Assembly (NCBI GenBank): GCA_013239625.1
Contig: MU053319.1
Span: 124,001 to 188,000, forward strand
Source: Lama guanicoe
Lineage: Eukaryota
DNA: 64,000 bases
Direction: 5' to 3'
Shown here: positions 1-13,435 of the stretch, in pieces
Position numbering within the stretch: position 1 is the stretch's first letter
How the letters are laid out: each line of letters starts with the position of its first letter
Position numbers and translations under genes: made by a program
Notes under the pieces: generated by a model
Databases searched by the model: none
What the model was told of the DNA's origin: nothing
Seen by the model: only the letters and a program-made list of their open reading frames with translations

Positions 1-2119
1 TAACCTTCACTCATGTCTATTTTTCTCTATCTCATTGCCTTTCTTCCCATGGGAATTCTTTTAGGCTCTGAGCACATAGATGGGAGTGAGCTGTTGTCCG
101 TCTGTGGTTGATTCTCACCACAGAGAGCGGATGACATGGACGCCTTCAGAAGGGACTCAGAATCGCAAACACCCCAACCTCAGTGCCTTTAACAACAAGG
201 TGTGTCTCTCCGTCATGCTCCTGGTCCAGCCTCGTCTAACTGGGGCTCTGCCCCACATCCTCCTCATTCTGGGGGCCAAGCTAACACAGCAACCCATTGT
301 CTGGAGCCAGCAGATCAGAGAGAAAGACCGACACCAGTCACATCTGAAGATGGAGGGTGACAAATATTGGTGAATACCACTAATGACTACTGCAAAGTAC
401 AACCCAAACAACAGATGGCGTGGTTCCTTACAGCTGCGTGCACCAATGACAAGAAGTATGACCCCTCCTGGTACTTACCATTTTAGGCATATATTCATTC
501 CTTCCTTTAAATTCATTTTTCTTTTCTTTCTTACTCAAGAAAAATAGTTTTAGAAGATGAGAAAGCTATAGGTCCTTCAGCCATCTGAAAGATCACAGTT
601 TCTACTCTTCATGGCAGAAGAGTTTCGTACCAAATTATGTCTGTCTGGTGATTGGTCGGTTGGCTGGTGCGGTGGGTTAGTTAGCGGTCTGATTGTGTTG
701 AAGGTAGGTATTACCCAACTCTAGGCAACCAGACAATAATGAAACCTGTGGTAGCAATCTTTCCCTGAGAAGCCACAGGTGTTTACCTGCAGCAGCCAAG
801 CGAAGTCTCGAGAAAAAATCTAGAGCTTTTCATCCATTACAGGGCCATTTGGGATTAAAGTGATCAAAATTAACCACCCTGTTTGCTATGATTTCTACTA
901 TATAATAATTTTCCAGTAAGTGGTGGAGGTGGTGTGATCTGCACTGAAAACCAGTAAAACGTATTTTTTATTCAGGTGGTTTCCTTCAATAGTCTGACTT
1001 TGAGCACGTCCATGTGTGTGTTTTGTTTCCGAGATGAAAAGAGAGTTTGACTCCACACATAAATAAAGGAGAAGGTTATTACCTAACTGGCAAATTATTA
1101 ATTATTGGCTTCTATGATCTCTATCTGAGCGTCCTAAGCTGGGGGGATCTTGTTTAATTTAAGCACTACCATTTATTTATTTCTACTTTGCACCTCACTT
1201 TTACAGCTTTTTCAATGCCTGTAAGAACACTCTTCCCCAAAGATCTCAAATAAGTACTTGAATAAAACTACAATATAAGCATAGCTATAAAGAATGCATT
1301 TAATTTCAAGGGCTGCTATAAAGAATTTTACAAATGGCATGGCAGGGCCCTTTTATTGTCCCCAATTTCATTCCATAGCCTTTCTAACAGCCCTCCGGAG
1401 AGCAGAGCTAGGCTAGTGTCAATCCTTTTCATCAATTCACTTGGTTACAAAAGAAGAGCATTATCCTGGCGTTATGGGCATTGTTCAAGTTATTTGCAGT
1501 GTCCCTGTCGGAACGTTCTCTCCAATATAGTGCTGAACACAGACGTGATTTCTGAAGAACTTGCAAATATTGTTGGCATTAATGGGACAAGCTCAAATTT
1601 TGTCCAAGTAGGCTGAAAAGAAAACAGCCCATTAGGTTAAAAATAAATGTCTTCTAGAATCAGCGCCAGCCCCCAGACAAGTTGTGAAGTGGTAAAAGAG
1701 ACCTTTTGTTTCTCCTCTTCTGAAAGAGCTTCCCAACGGAAGCCATCTGGACCCGCTGTTAATCAAGCATCTGTCAAGGTTGCTATGGCTAGGTATCAGA
1801 TAATTACTCCTTCTCAATCAGGACAGACCAACTTTGGGTCCATAGGTTTCAGACTTCTACAGTTATCCATTAACATTCTTTAATTTTGTACTTTTGTGAT
1901 GATTATAATCTAAAAAAAATTAAAACTAGGCAAAAATGGCAGAAGGGTTGCACAATCACGTGGCACACATTGGTCTCGGAGCTCCAAGTGCCACAGAGCA
2001 CTGGCCTTGGTCATCGGTCTTGTATTCATCTCTCGAGTAGCAACTATATCTTAACAAGAAGCACTTTTTATTATGTTAAGATAGCGCTGTTTTGGAGAGT
2101 GTCAAAGACGGTATATAAA

Positions 2120-2420
2120 GGAAAGAAGTCAGACACAAAAGACTGCATGCTGTATGATTCCATTTATATGAATATCAGAAAGAAGCAAAGCCAACCTCAA
2201 AATAGTGCACCCATCTGTGGCCGGGGGGTGGCTGGGGGACAGTATTGATGAAAGACCGTAAGGGAGTGCTCTGGGGTGTTGTAAATACTATATGTTGACC
2301 AATGAGGTCGTTACTCAGATGAATATAAACGTTAAATAATACATAAAAAAATTCATGTAACTTTACACTTGATTCATGCACTTTATGGCATGTCTGTTGT
2401 GCTTCAAGAAAGTGTTAATA
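2120..2420 (+). mobile_element. Old L1M (L1MB/ME-like) 3' fragment
   Basis: AAGAAGTCAGACACAAAAGACTGCATGCTGTATGATTCCATTTATATG... typical old L1 3' end. Confidence 0.7.
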
Positions 2421-2969
2421 TTAACATGCTTATATGAAGTGGTTTTATTCATCTGGTTATATTGTTTGTACCATCTTTGTCAATATTTTTGCTTTATAGG
2501 TGTATAAGAACTATAAACATAGGGAATTTATACCTGCTGTGAAGTTGGTTCACTTTTAAGGGATACTAAAATTAAAGCAGTTTACTTCAGCTTAGTGGTC
2601 GATGAGAAAATTTTCCCATTAAAGAGGGCTTGTATATACATGGATTAATATATATAACCTTGAGCTGTGACACTCACCACAAATAATTCCCCCAAAGCAG
2701 CTGGGGATACAAGCTTGCTCTTTCCAGGGCATTGTCCCTGGGTTGTAAACGGATCACATGAGGGTCTAAGAAATGGCTCGTGCTTCCTATGGTGACCTCA
2801 CAGGGCCTCCAGAGGGGAGCCAGAGTCTTAGGGATACAGGATACAGTGCTTCTCAACCTTCCAGATCTCCATCTACTCTCTTCCCACCTGTGCTGGCATC
2901 AGACAACCTTCCAGTCCACACCTCTGCCTCCAGCCTGCTGGGAAACCAGGCAAGGTGCTGTCAGTGATG

Positions 2970-3170
2970 GAAGTCTAAGCAGCAAGGACCCTGGCTCTGG
3001 TCCGATGCCAGATTGCTAACAAATGATTTGACCTTGAGCATCTATTTCATCTAAGCCTCAGTTTTCCCACATCTGAACTGGGAAAAACTACAGGGATTTT
3101 TGAGGCTTTTAGGTAATATATACAAACCACCCAGTACAGTAACTGGCAAGGTAGGTGCTAAAGAGAATAA
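2970..3170. mobile_element. MIR
   Basis: TGACCTTGAGCA...CTAAGCCTCAGTTTTCCCACATCTGAACTGGG core. Confidence 0.7.
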
Positions 3171-3231
3171 CTATTATATAATAATTAAATTACAGTCACT
3201 AAAACTATTTAAAGACCTAAAGTATAAAATG

Positions 3232-3525
3232 CAGACTCGCAGACACAGTAAACAATCTTACGGTTACCAGGGAAAGGGGGTGGGAAGGGATAAATTCGGG
3301 AGTTTGAGATTTGCAAATGTTAGCCACTATATATAAAAATAGATTAAAAAAATTTCTTCTGTATAGCACAAGGAACTATAGTCAATATTTTGTAATAGCC
3401 TTTGATGAAAAAGAAGATGAAAACAAATATACGTATGTATATGCATGACTGGGACACTGTGCTGTACACCAGAAACTGACACATTGTAACTGACTATACT
3501 TCAATAAAAAATAAAATAAAATAAA
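3232..3525 (+). mobile_element. Young L1 3' UTR, 5'-truncated
   Basis: ...GCTGTACACCAGAAACTGACACATTGTAACTGACTATACTTCAATAAAAA terminus plus A-rich tail; matches many other copies in the window. Confidence 0.9.
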
Positions 3526-3829
3526 CTTAAAATAGGGAAAAATGCATGGCTTTACCAAAGGCACTGTGGGGCTGCTTTATAAGGGCTCAGGGTATAAATT
3601 CCACTGTAACCTGAATTCGAGGCTATGTTTCCAAGCTCTGAGAAGTCAAGACTCTGGTGTGTGGGAGCTGCACTGCAGGACTTTCCTGCATTTTTAGGGG
3701 CAGTTACTCTAATCAGAACTGATCACCACATAATGGAGGCAGCCTGCCTAATGTGATTTCCAGTCATTCAGAGGATACAAATATAAAAATGTGTTTGGAA
3801 AATTTTTTTCAAAAAAATAGGAATTCTCT

Positions 3830-4556
3830 GGTCTACAAATGATAAATTCTGGAGAGGGTGTGCAGAAAAAGGAACCCTCCTACACTGTTGGTGGGAATGT
3901 AAATTGGTGCAGCCACTATGGAGTACAGTACAGAGATTATTCAAAAAACTGAAAATAGAGTTACCATATGATCCAGCAATCCCACTCTTGGGCATATATC
4001 CATAGAAAAATATAACTCAAAAAGACACCTGCACTCCAATGTTAACAGCAGCACTATTTACAATAGCCAAGACTTGGAAACAGTCCAAATGTCCATCAAC
4101 AGAGGACTGGATAAAGAAGCCGTGGTATATATATACATTGGAATACTACTCAGCCATAAAAAAGATTAAAATAATGTCATCTGCAGCAACATGGATGGAC
4201 CTGGAGATCATCATTCTAAGGGAAGCAAGCCAGAAAGAGAGAAAAATGCCATATGATATCACTTACATGTAGGATCTCAAAAAAAAAAAAAGGACACAAA
4301 TGAACTTACCTACAAAACAGAAACAGACTCAGAGACATAGAAAACAAACTTATGGGTACCAGGGGTTAAAGTGGGTGGAAAGGGATAAACTGGGAACTCA
4401 AGAATTGCACCTCTTGGGGAGCGATGAAAATGTTAGCTTTCTTGATTGTGGTGGTGGTTTCACGGGTGTACACATTTAGAAAAATTCATCAAATTGTACA
4501 TCTGAAATATGTACAGTTTACTATTCAGGAACCATACCACAATAAAGGTGTTAAAA
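3830..4556 (+). mobile_element. L1 (ORF2 C-terminus plus swapped 3' end) with TSD
   Basis: ORF2 remnant AALFTIAKTWKQSKCPSTEDWIKK; flanks AAAAATAGGAATTCTCT (3813-3829) and AAAAATCAGAATTCTCT (4553-4569). Confidence 0.92.
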
Positions 4557-6884
4557 ATCAGAATTCTCTAAGTTAGCAGGTAGAAAGAACTTATCAAGTA
4601 ATAGTTAAACTGAATTCATATCTTCAATAATTACACTTCCTATGAATTGTTATGTGTTTCCACCTTTCTTTAGAAGACCAGAATTGTGCTGGAAGAAGCC
4701 AAAGATGATTGCAGAAATCCTGGCCAAAAAAAAAAAAAAAGTGCATGGGTTCATTAAGCATCTCAAGCTCCAGACACCTTCACGAGCGTTTGGCAGGTGC
4801 TGGGTCCTAGACCATATGACAGGATACAGAAGAGAGGGTTTATTAGATACTGAAGTCAAGAAAGGATCCTAGTCCTGTTCATTAATGCATGTGGTCGTCC
4901 CGCACAGAGGAATCACCTGCAAAACCCCGAAGAGCTGATGGAACTGACCTGTGAGATGCATTTCATGATGATCATTTTGTAGCAAAACATTATTTCCTAG
5001 TAGTTGAAATAGGCCTGCTTTTCCAGGTGATAACCAACCCATGTGTCTGCTGCTCATCACTGAACAAGCATGGGGAAGATGCAGTGTGGGCTCTCTTTAC
5101 TTACTGCTCACTCAGCATGATTCTTCAACAAGATAAAACTTCAGTTAGATCTATAGGTATTTGATTTTCAAAATGTCATGTGTTCAGATATGTAGAAAAT
5201 TGTAGATTTTTTTAAAGCTTTTATTCAGTTTTATTCAGATGCATGGCATGGTGTGGACAAATCTTATTCACAAGAGGTATATAATCACACTGTTACTGAT
5301 ACAACTTTGTCATTGCTTCAAATATGTTTAATTTAGTAACTGCTCAATTGCCTCAGACTATTTCTTCAAGGCGGCTAGAATTATGGACTTTTACAGTGCA
5401 TAAATAATAAAATAAACCTCCAATATATAAATTTATTTTTAAAAGCCTCATAAGTATATGTAAATATTTGCTTACATTTCACACCTTTAACACAGCCTCT
5501 TGAAATTTAACCATGGAGAAAGATTGATGTAGTTTAAGTCAAAAATCCTTGTTCTTGACTGTTGATTATAATGAATTCCAAGCCAATAAACAACTCAACA
5601 GTTCCATTTTTTAACTACTACACTTTAAGAACTGGGGCAACCCCTGGTGACATTGCATAACCAAGACCCAGCCCTTGAGGCTTAAGGGATCAAGTATTAT
5701 TAATTGGCCAAAAAAAACGAAGTTCATTTGCAGCCTGCACATTTCCTCTGTATTCCATAATTCCTGAAATTTGGGGAAATTATGCGTGTAAAGCACTAAA
5801 CATCAAGGCAAGCTGTTGTTTGGCTTTGCTTTCCTTCAATGTTTTTTCAAATATAGACCCATATAGGAAACTTCCAATATGTTGCATTTTGAATATTTTA
5901 TCAGTCTGTAAATTTCTTCCATTGATTTTGAAAGCAAATAGAGAGATATACAGAAGCCTGTTGTGAGTTAACCTCACTCCTAAAGATTCAGCACTTTTTC
6001 TTTGTATGTCAGCCCTCGTAGTCATCTCCCCCAGTCCTCCAACCCCTAACAGACTGCGATTCCTGGCAGCAAATATCATGGACTTTGCAACTTTGATGTC
6101 AGTCGTTTCCACACAATAAATATTGAGGAATAAATAAATGAATGAATGAATAAATGAACTGAAGAAATAAATAAGAATGAAAACATACAGAGTAACTAAA
6201 GTTTTGTGCACGTCCACCAAATGATACTAACACAACCCTACGTGAAAAAGTAAGGAATCCCGAAATTAAGCAGCTTTATTATTAAAAATTATGATACAAG
6301 GTAGAGAGGGAGAACTACTCCTGCTGAGAAAATAAAGACGATTTTCAATTTGTGAGAAAAAGAGGCACAGCAGTGCGGATACAGCATTTTCTTACTGGAA
6401 GGTGTTCCCAAGGGGATCCCAATTAAGCAAGATTTCTAAGATGAATCAAAGAAATATTTTTAAAAACCATATTGACTCTTGTCCTCTCAATTTTAATTTG
6501 TTTTACTTTATACTTATAGGATCAGCTTTATCATAGAAAGAATATTTTGAAATTCATATGGTTTTCTTATTAAATGTTTGCAGAATGCCAATTGTATTCA
6601 TTCCTCAGATGCATATTTTATTATCTATTGGAAATCTTATGTGAATTATTCACCCATACCTAGCAAACATGAGCATTTCTGCTTTGCATCTAAAAAGAGC
6701 TGACATTACACAAATTCCAGTAGTCAAATAATCTGATGTATCATTGCGGGAGAGCACACTAAATAGCACTAAAACTAAACCCTCGATAGCCTAGCCTTGG
6801 TTTAAGATGAATTTTGTCCTGAATTTAGAAGAGTTTTATGGAGAGTAGAAAAACTTTCATAAGAACAATGTCAAGAATCTAGGC

Positions 6885-7568
6885 TATGATCCAACAGTTC
6901 CACTCTGGGTATGTTTCCAAAGGAAATGAAATCACTACCTTGAAGAGACATCTCCACCCCCATGTTCATTGCAGCGTTATTCACAACAAGACAGGGATGC
7001 AACCTAAGTGTCCGTTGATGTGGTTGAATGGATAAAGAAGGTGCACACACATGTAATGAGATATTCTTCAGCCAGAAAAAGAAGGAAGTTCTTCCATCTG
7101 CAGTAACATGGATGGACCTTGAGAGCATTATGCTTAGTGACGTCAGTCAGACAGAGAAAGACAAATAGCATCTGATCTCTTGTATATGTGGAATCTAAAA
7201 TCAGACACAAGAAAATCTCAGATAGAACACACTGGTGGTGGCCAGAGGCAGTGGTTAGGAGGTGGGCAGAAAGGATAAAGGTGGTCAAAAGGGGCAAGAT
7301 TCCAGCTGTAAGACAACAGGGTGCTGGGGATGTAATGCGCAGCATGCTGACTACCGTTAACAGTCATAGACTGTGTACTTGAAAGCCGGTAAGAGAGTGA
7401 ATCTTCAAAATGCTCATCACACACAAAAAAATGTTTACCTGTATGATTGATGGATGTCAACTAACCTATTGCAATAATGATTCTGCAGTATGTACATATG
7501 CCAGATTGTTAGATTGTACACCTAAACTTAATCCAATACTCTATGTCAGTTATATCACAATAAAAAAG
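6885..7568 (+). mobile_element. Older L1MA-type 3' end with TSD
   Basis: ORF2-end and 3' UTR motifs; TSD AAGAATCTAG at 6873-6882 and 7569-7578. Confidence 0.88.
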
Positions 7569-8624
7569 AAGAATCTAGCGTAAAACAAACGAACAAAAAA
7601 CAGAACGTAAGTTTGAATACGATTTAGGGCAAGTATCATGAACTTGTCATCTCTCTTTGAGTTACTTTTTGTTTACACGTGTGAAGTAAAATTAAGGATG
7701 ACAAACTTCTTGATAATTACAGTGTGAAAATTGCAGTAGACAATAGCAACATATAACATTTAGATTTCTAGATAAGGTAAGTGAAAGCATTTGAGACAAA
7801 GGAGATTCCCCTTGGAAGTCGGATACTTCTGCTTTCATCATTTCCTTTATTCTTGCACATATTTTGAGCACTATTATACACCAGTCTCCGTGATCTATAC
7901 TGAAAGTCACTAAATCATAATCCTCACAACGATCTAATAAAGTAGGTGTTATCTTCTGAAATGTACACCAAAGTCTCTGGAATGTAATTGACACACATTA
8001 CAAATTTATCAGATGAATGAACAGATGAAAAATGGTTCTGATAAAAACTATTAGGTAATGGATCCCAGAACACTCATGACTTAAATCCGGTTTATTCTGG
8101 ATCCAGCAGCTGTATCATTAATCAAGAGAGGGTGGGGAGAAATACACAGATATATAGATGTGTGTACAGCGTCACCAAAGTTCTCTTTCCTTGTAGGACC
8201 TGGAACCCCAGAATCCATACTCCCATCATGATCTGTAGAATTCCTAAAACTTCTGCCCAGAAGCCTAGCCTCTCAGTCACTACTGAGAGAGGAAAATAAT
8301 GCCAAATATCCGTCTCAACTTTTTGTTCTTCTCCGAAGATCTTAACTCCTCCAATCCTTAACTACCTGGGCAGTACTCCACAGTGTTCAACCTGACGTCT
8401 TATGTCATTAACTAGTTGTTTTCAAGGTGCATTTCATGACTATCAAGGTCAGAAATCAGGGCTGGGATTTTAAAAGCAAAGCAGTGCAATTCTAAACACA
8501 AATTTTGAATTGAAATAATAAATTTCCTGGTTGATCTTGCTCCCATTAGTAAAAGAATTCAATCCAAAAACTTTGGCCAAAAAAAAGAAAATGTTATCTG
8601 TGTATCACCAAGTGTCATCCCGAG

Positions 8625-8785
8625 AGTTCCTGCATTAGACATACTGAAATATTTGTTAAACGTATAGTTTCCGAGTCCCACTTCAAATGTGCTGACTTAG
8701 AATATTGGGACTGGAACAGAGAATTTTTATTTTTAATTACTTAACTCCCTGAACTGTTCTCATATTCATTGAAATTTCAGACTTA
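8625..8785. mobile_element. MER5-like hAT-Charlie DNA transposon remnant
   Basis: TGCATTAGA...TTGTTAAA...GAATTTTTATTTTTAA...CTCCC pattern, degraded. Confidence 0.5.
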
Positions 8786-9397
8786 ACTATTAATCTTACT
8801 GTGTGCAAAGAGATAGATTGACTATATAAGGTATTTGTTTATCATGTGGTGAAGAAAAATTACAGGCTTTAAAAATGTACTTTCACAACATGAATTTCTT
8901 ACAGTCCGATATGCTTAAGAGTATAAGATAAAGTTAAAAACTCTATCCTTTTTATGTTCAAAATAAAAATTTTAAACCTCAAAGAGAAATGAAATCTATG
9001 CATTTATGACATCCCAGAGTTTTCATATTCTCATATTGTGTTTTGTTTTGTTTTTCCCCTACGGCAAAGTTCAAATAAAATTGAAGCAATTAGAATGTTT
9101 TAGTAAAAATTTTAAAGAATAAAGCCTGGGGGCTTATGGTGTGGTTTCCCACAAACCTATTACCAAACTGCAATTTTTTTCCTCAAAGTGAAAGCTACTG
9201 GATTTAAACACAGTGACTGACAATAATTAAAGCTTTGGTTTCTAGATACCTTCTCAATAGAACATTTCAGTAGAGATTTACAACATCTATTAAGCAGCTC
9301 ATAGCTACAAATCTACTGGCAGTTTTCAAGGTACAGAGAAAGCTGCTTTATCATCTGTTCCTTTAGTGGATAGGTTTTGTTTCGGAGGGAAGTGTGT

Positions 9398-9418
9398 TTT
9401 GGTTTGTTTTGTTTTGTT

Positions 9419-9454
<36 letters not shown>
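9398..9454. repeat. (GTTTT)n / poly-T tract
   Basis: Directly visible. Confidence 0.95.
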
Positions 9455-9455
<1 letters not shown>

Positions 9456-9829
9456 GCAAGGCCGAGCTAGTTTAAGCCACCAAGGATCTTGATATCAATA
9501 ATAAATTTAAACCAGAAAATCAGAAGGAGTTCAGCATGAAATGCAAACTTACTTCAGACAAGTGGTGGTGTTAGCCTCGTAGAGAAGATACTGGGGCATC
9601 CAGTCATGAAATGAGCAATGAAAAAGGTTTTGAAATTAATTTAGAGAGAAACTAGAACCTAGTAGTGACGTATGTCCTGAAATTGAATCAGTTATATCAC
9701 CTTTCAAGGGCGCTCACTTGCAAAGCCTCAGATTGTCTATCGTTGCAGCTTCCGTGAGCGTTATCACTCATCTGTAGTGATACTATGAGGTGGCGGTGAG
9801 CCCCAACTTTGGCGGGAAAGCCCATCATC

Positions 9830-9995
9830 CGCTCTGAGCTCTTGAGAAAGTTCCTGAATCTCTTCTAATCTCAGGTCCTTTATTTATGAAATGGGAGTAA
9901 TAAAAGTTCCAACTCACAGGCATGTTGAATGACAAATAAAATAATAGAAAATATTTGCTATAAAGCCTGGCACATAGGAAGTGCTGGATCAATGT
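9830..9995. mobile_element. MIR
   Basis: CTTGAGAAAGTTCCTGAATCTC...ATGAAATGGGAGTAATAA...GCCTGGCACATAGGAAGTGCT. Confidence 0.7.
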
Positions 9996-11404
9996 TTCCG
10001 TATTTACCCAGCAAGTAAGAAAACTTTATTTTTTATCGCCTCTCCTCTTAGAACTCCAAAGCGCTCATTTCTAAGACCATTTCTACAAATTTGATGATAG
10101 GACTTAGTCCATCATATTTGGATTTGCTAGTTGTAATACACATTTAATGAGACTGATCTTTGGAGTGTGGTTATAAGCAAAATAACTGTCATCAAAATTA
10201 AGTACAACCCATCTTTACAGATGAAACTTCCAGGAGCTTTTTGGCATTTTTGAAAGCTAATATCCCTGCCAGCGAATGTAATACTGAAGATGGGTGCAGC
10301 ACTTGAAAAGTGTGATTAGAGTTGTTAAATGCCATGAAGTCTGAGCTAGGAAAGTGAATAATCTTGCGAATCAGATACTGTAAATGTGAAAGGACTCGAA
10401 GAGTTAGAAAAATGGATGGGACATCAGAAGAGAGCCAAATCGGGAGACAAGTTGCTTCTTGCTAATAAATGGGCGTGCACACGTGCACACACAATCATCA
10501 CCACGTTTCCTGTGGAAAATATTACTTAAAATGCCACCCGGTGTGGATAAAGTACAATTTCACTTCCACCATCCAACCACTTTTCCCTCTAACACAGATA
10601 TTTAAACTGCTTAAACAAATCTATTATCTAGTGTTTGGGGTGAGTCTTGTCTAGTTTAATTATATTGTGGAAAGTCACAGTTCTTTTTTATATTTAGCAA
10701 TAAAACATTTTGAAACTATTTAAAGACAATTTTTGGAGGGTTGTGATAGCTTCCAACTGGCAATTGCATTGAAATGCATTTTAGGTGTCATTGAGGTTAC
10801 TGTTTAGTTCCAGCCAGCTCCCACCGGGGCAGTGGGATTGGAAAATGCAGATTAAATCCGAGATCAAGATGGTCCAGGCCCTCTTCTTTCTAACCTCCTT
10901 CACCAAGGGGAGACTGATGGGGGTTAAAATGCTGCCTGTTGTGGGCAGGTTAGATTGTGTTCAAGGTTTTTATTTTTCTTCTTATTTCATCCAGAGTCAT
11001 GCCAAACATGCGGGGGTCCAATCAATATCAGAAAGGATCTACTTCATGTCCCCTTCATCATGCAGTAACACTCCAGCCACTTGAAGAGTGTCCCGGAAGC
11101 TGTCACAGAAGTGGTCCTCTCTCTGATGGATACTGGAGAGGAAGCAGAGAGAGTGGGTGTTTCCAGAGCAGAACCTCCCAAAGTGTCTTCCACAGGATAC
11201 CCATTGCCTGGGATGCTTTATGAAAAAAACAGATGTGTACATTTGGGAAATATTGCGTATCTCAACTTTCTCTAAGAGATTTACATTGCAGATTTGCATA
11301 ACAAGCACCTCCAAAATTTTGCACCAAGAAAACATGTTTTGTTTATTTCTGTACTAACAAAACTGATTTGACCAATCAGTGCTAAATTCAGGTTTTATAA
11401 AGCC

Positions 11405-11650
11405 TGTGGGAAGAAGGTAGGAAGGGATAAATTGGGAATTCGAGATTTGCAAATACTACCTATATATATAAAATAGATAAACAACAAGGTCCTACTGTAC
11501 AGCACAGGAAACTATATTCAATATCTTGTAGTAGCCAATAATGAAAAAGAATATGAAAAGGAATCTATGTACGTGTATGACTGAACTATTATGCTGTACA
11601 CCAGAAACTGACCCAACATTGTAAACTGACTACACCTCAGTTTTAAAAAA
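11405..11650 (+). mobile_element. Young L1 3' UTR
   Basis: GGAAGGGATAAATTGGGAATTCGAGATTTGCA...TGTACACCAGAAACTGAC...ACTGACTACACCTCA. Confidence 0.9.
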
Positions 11651-11654
11651 TGAC

Positions 11655-11967
11655 AGCTTCTCTAAGTTTTGTTCCTATTTTTAATTTAGTGCCAACCAGA
11701 GAAAGACAAATATGCATCTGAACCAATCACACAGGATGTCCTGGTTCTGGTGAGCCCGCCCGCAGCTTCCCCACCACCCCAGCCTCCAATCAGGGCACAC
11801 CTGAAACCTTCTTTTTTTTCCACTCAAAAAGATTTCAAAATGCCTCTGCCTGCATTTGAGTTTCTGCCCAAACCAAGTGATGGTGACTGACTCCCTTGTT
11901 ATAGAACGATCTGAATAAATAGCCTTTGCTTATTCTCATCTGAATGGGGTCTTTGTTTATTTCCACA
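11655..11967 (+). mobile_element. ERV1-class LTR fragment (MER34/MER39-like)
   Basis: CCAATCAC, CCAATCAGGGCACACCTG, GACTCCCTTGTTATAG...AATAAATAGCCTTTGC, ends TTTATTTCCACA. Confidence 0.7.
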
Positions 11968-12024
11968 TTATATATAGACTTCTAGAATCCAGGCTGCTCA
12001 GAAGCCTGATAAAGTGTGACTTTA

Positions 12025-12430
12025 AAATAAATAATAGCTTTTTGGGGATATAATTCACATGCCCTGTACAATTCATCCATTTAAAGTGTACAATTCCATG
12101 GTTTTTAGTATAGTCACAGCTGTGCAGACACCCACACAAAGATTTCAGACTATTTTCTTCTCCCAAAAAGAAACCTGTACCCATTAAACAGTCCCTCAAC
12201 CATTTTCCCCCAACCCTCACTTTCCCTAGGCGACCACTAATTTCCTTTGTGTCTCTGTAAGATTTGCCTATTCCGGTCATTTCATATAAAGAGAATCTTA
12301 AATACATAGTCTTCTGTGACTAACTTCTTTCATTTAACATAATATCTCCAAGGCTCTTCAATGTTGTGACCTGTATCAGTACTTCATTCTTTTTCGAGGC
12401 CAGATAATATTTCATTGTATGGATTATCTA
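12025..12430 (-). mobile_element. L1MB-like 3' end
   Basis: GATATAATTCACAT...CAATTCATCCATTTAAAGTGTACAATTC... Confidence 0.8.
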
Positions 12431-12448
12431 CTGTTTAGGTAGATGACC

Positions 12449-13258
12449 CTTGTTGTTTATCTATTTTATATATAGTAGTTTGCATCTGCCAACCTCAAAC
12501 TCCTAATTTATCCCCCTCACACCCCTTCCCCTTTGGTAACCATGAGTTTGTTTTCTATGTCTGCGAGTCTGTTCCTATTTTGTAAATAAGTTCATTTGCA
12601 TCGTATTTTAGATTCCACATTTAAGTGATGGCATATGATATTTGTCTTTCTTTGTCTGACTTACTTCATTTAGTACAATCATCTCCAGGTCCATCCATGC
12701 TGCTGCAACTGGCATTATTTTATTCTTTTTTATGACTGAGTAGTATTCCACTGTGTATTTATACCATATATTCTTCATCCATTCACCTGTCCGTGGACAG
12801 TTGCTTCCATGTCTTGGCTGCTGTAAATAGTGTTTCTATGAACATTGGGGTACATGCATCTTCTCAAGTTAGAACTTCCTCTGAATATGTGCCCAGGAGT
12901 GGGGTTGCTGGATCATATGGTAACCTCACTTTTAATTTGTTAAAGAACCTCTGTACTGTGCTTCACAGTGGCTTCACCAATTTACATTCCCACCAACAGT
13001 GTAGGAGGGTTCCTTTTTTTCCACATCCTCTCCAGCATCTATTATTTATAGACTTTTGAATGATGGCTATTCTGACTTGTGTAAGGTGATACCTCATTGT
13101 AGTTTTGATTTGCATTTGTCTGATAATTAGCAAAGTTGAGCATCTTTTTATGTGCCAGTTGGCCATCTGGGTATCTTCTTTGGAGAAATGTCTATTTAGG
13201 TCTTCTGCCCATTTTTTGATTGGGTTGTTTGGGTTTTTTGTTATTGAGGTGTATGAGC
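12449..13258 (-). mobile_element. Young L1 ORF2 end plus 3' UTR
   Basis: Minus-strand [32 protein letters not shown] is the L1 ORF2 C-terminus. Confidence 0.92.
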
Positions 13259-13261
13259 TTA

Positions 13262-13435
13262 ACTATGTTTACGTGTACAGTTCAGTAGCACTGAGCACAC
13301 TCCCTTTGTTGTGGTACCATCATCACCGTCCATCTCCAGAACTTTTTCATCATCCCGTACTGAACCTCTGTACCCCTTAAACAATAACTTTCCATTCCCC
13401 CACCCCTCCCAGCCACTATTCTACTTTCTGTGTCC
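13262..13435 (-). mobile_element. L1MB-like 3' fragment
   Basis: GTGTACAGTTCAGTAGCA...CCATCTCCAGAACTTTTTCATCATCCC. Confidence 0.75.

Noticed and set aside
470..880. Two further minus-strand exon-like segments (about 479-584 and 787-878)
   Set aside because: Stops in all three frames and located beyond the candidate polyA signal; no support beyond splice-like motifs.
4039..4272. Protein-like ORFs here and at 12963-13166, 28950-29216, 42397-42648, 54376-54567
   Set aside because: Broken L1 ORF2 C-terminal remnants, not genes.
5780..6220. 146-aa minus-strand ORF
   Set aside because: The N-terminal part translates an L2-like (ATTC)n tail; only a sub-segment is kept as an exon candidate.
11039..11210. 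Multi-frame open stretch that could be an exon
   Set aside because: Weak acceptor, no clear donor, no recognisable protein.
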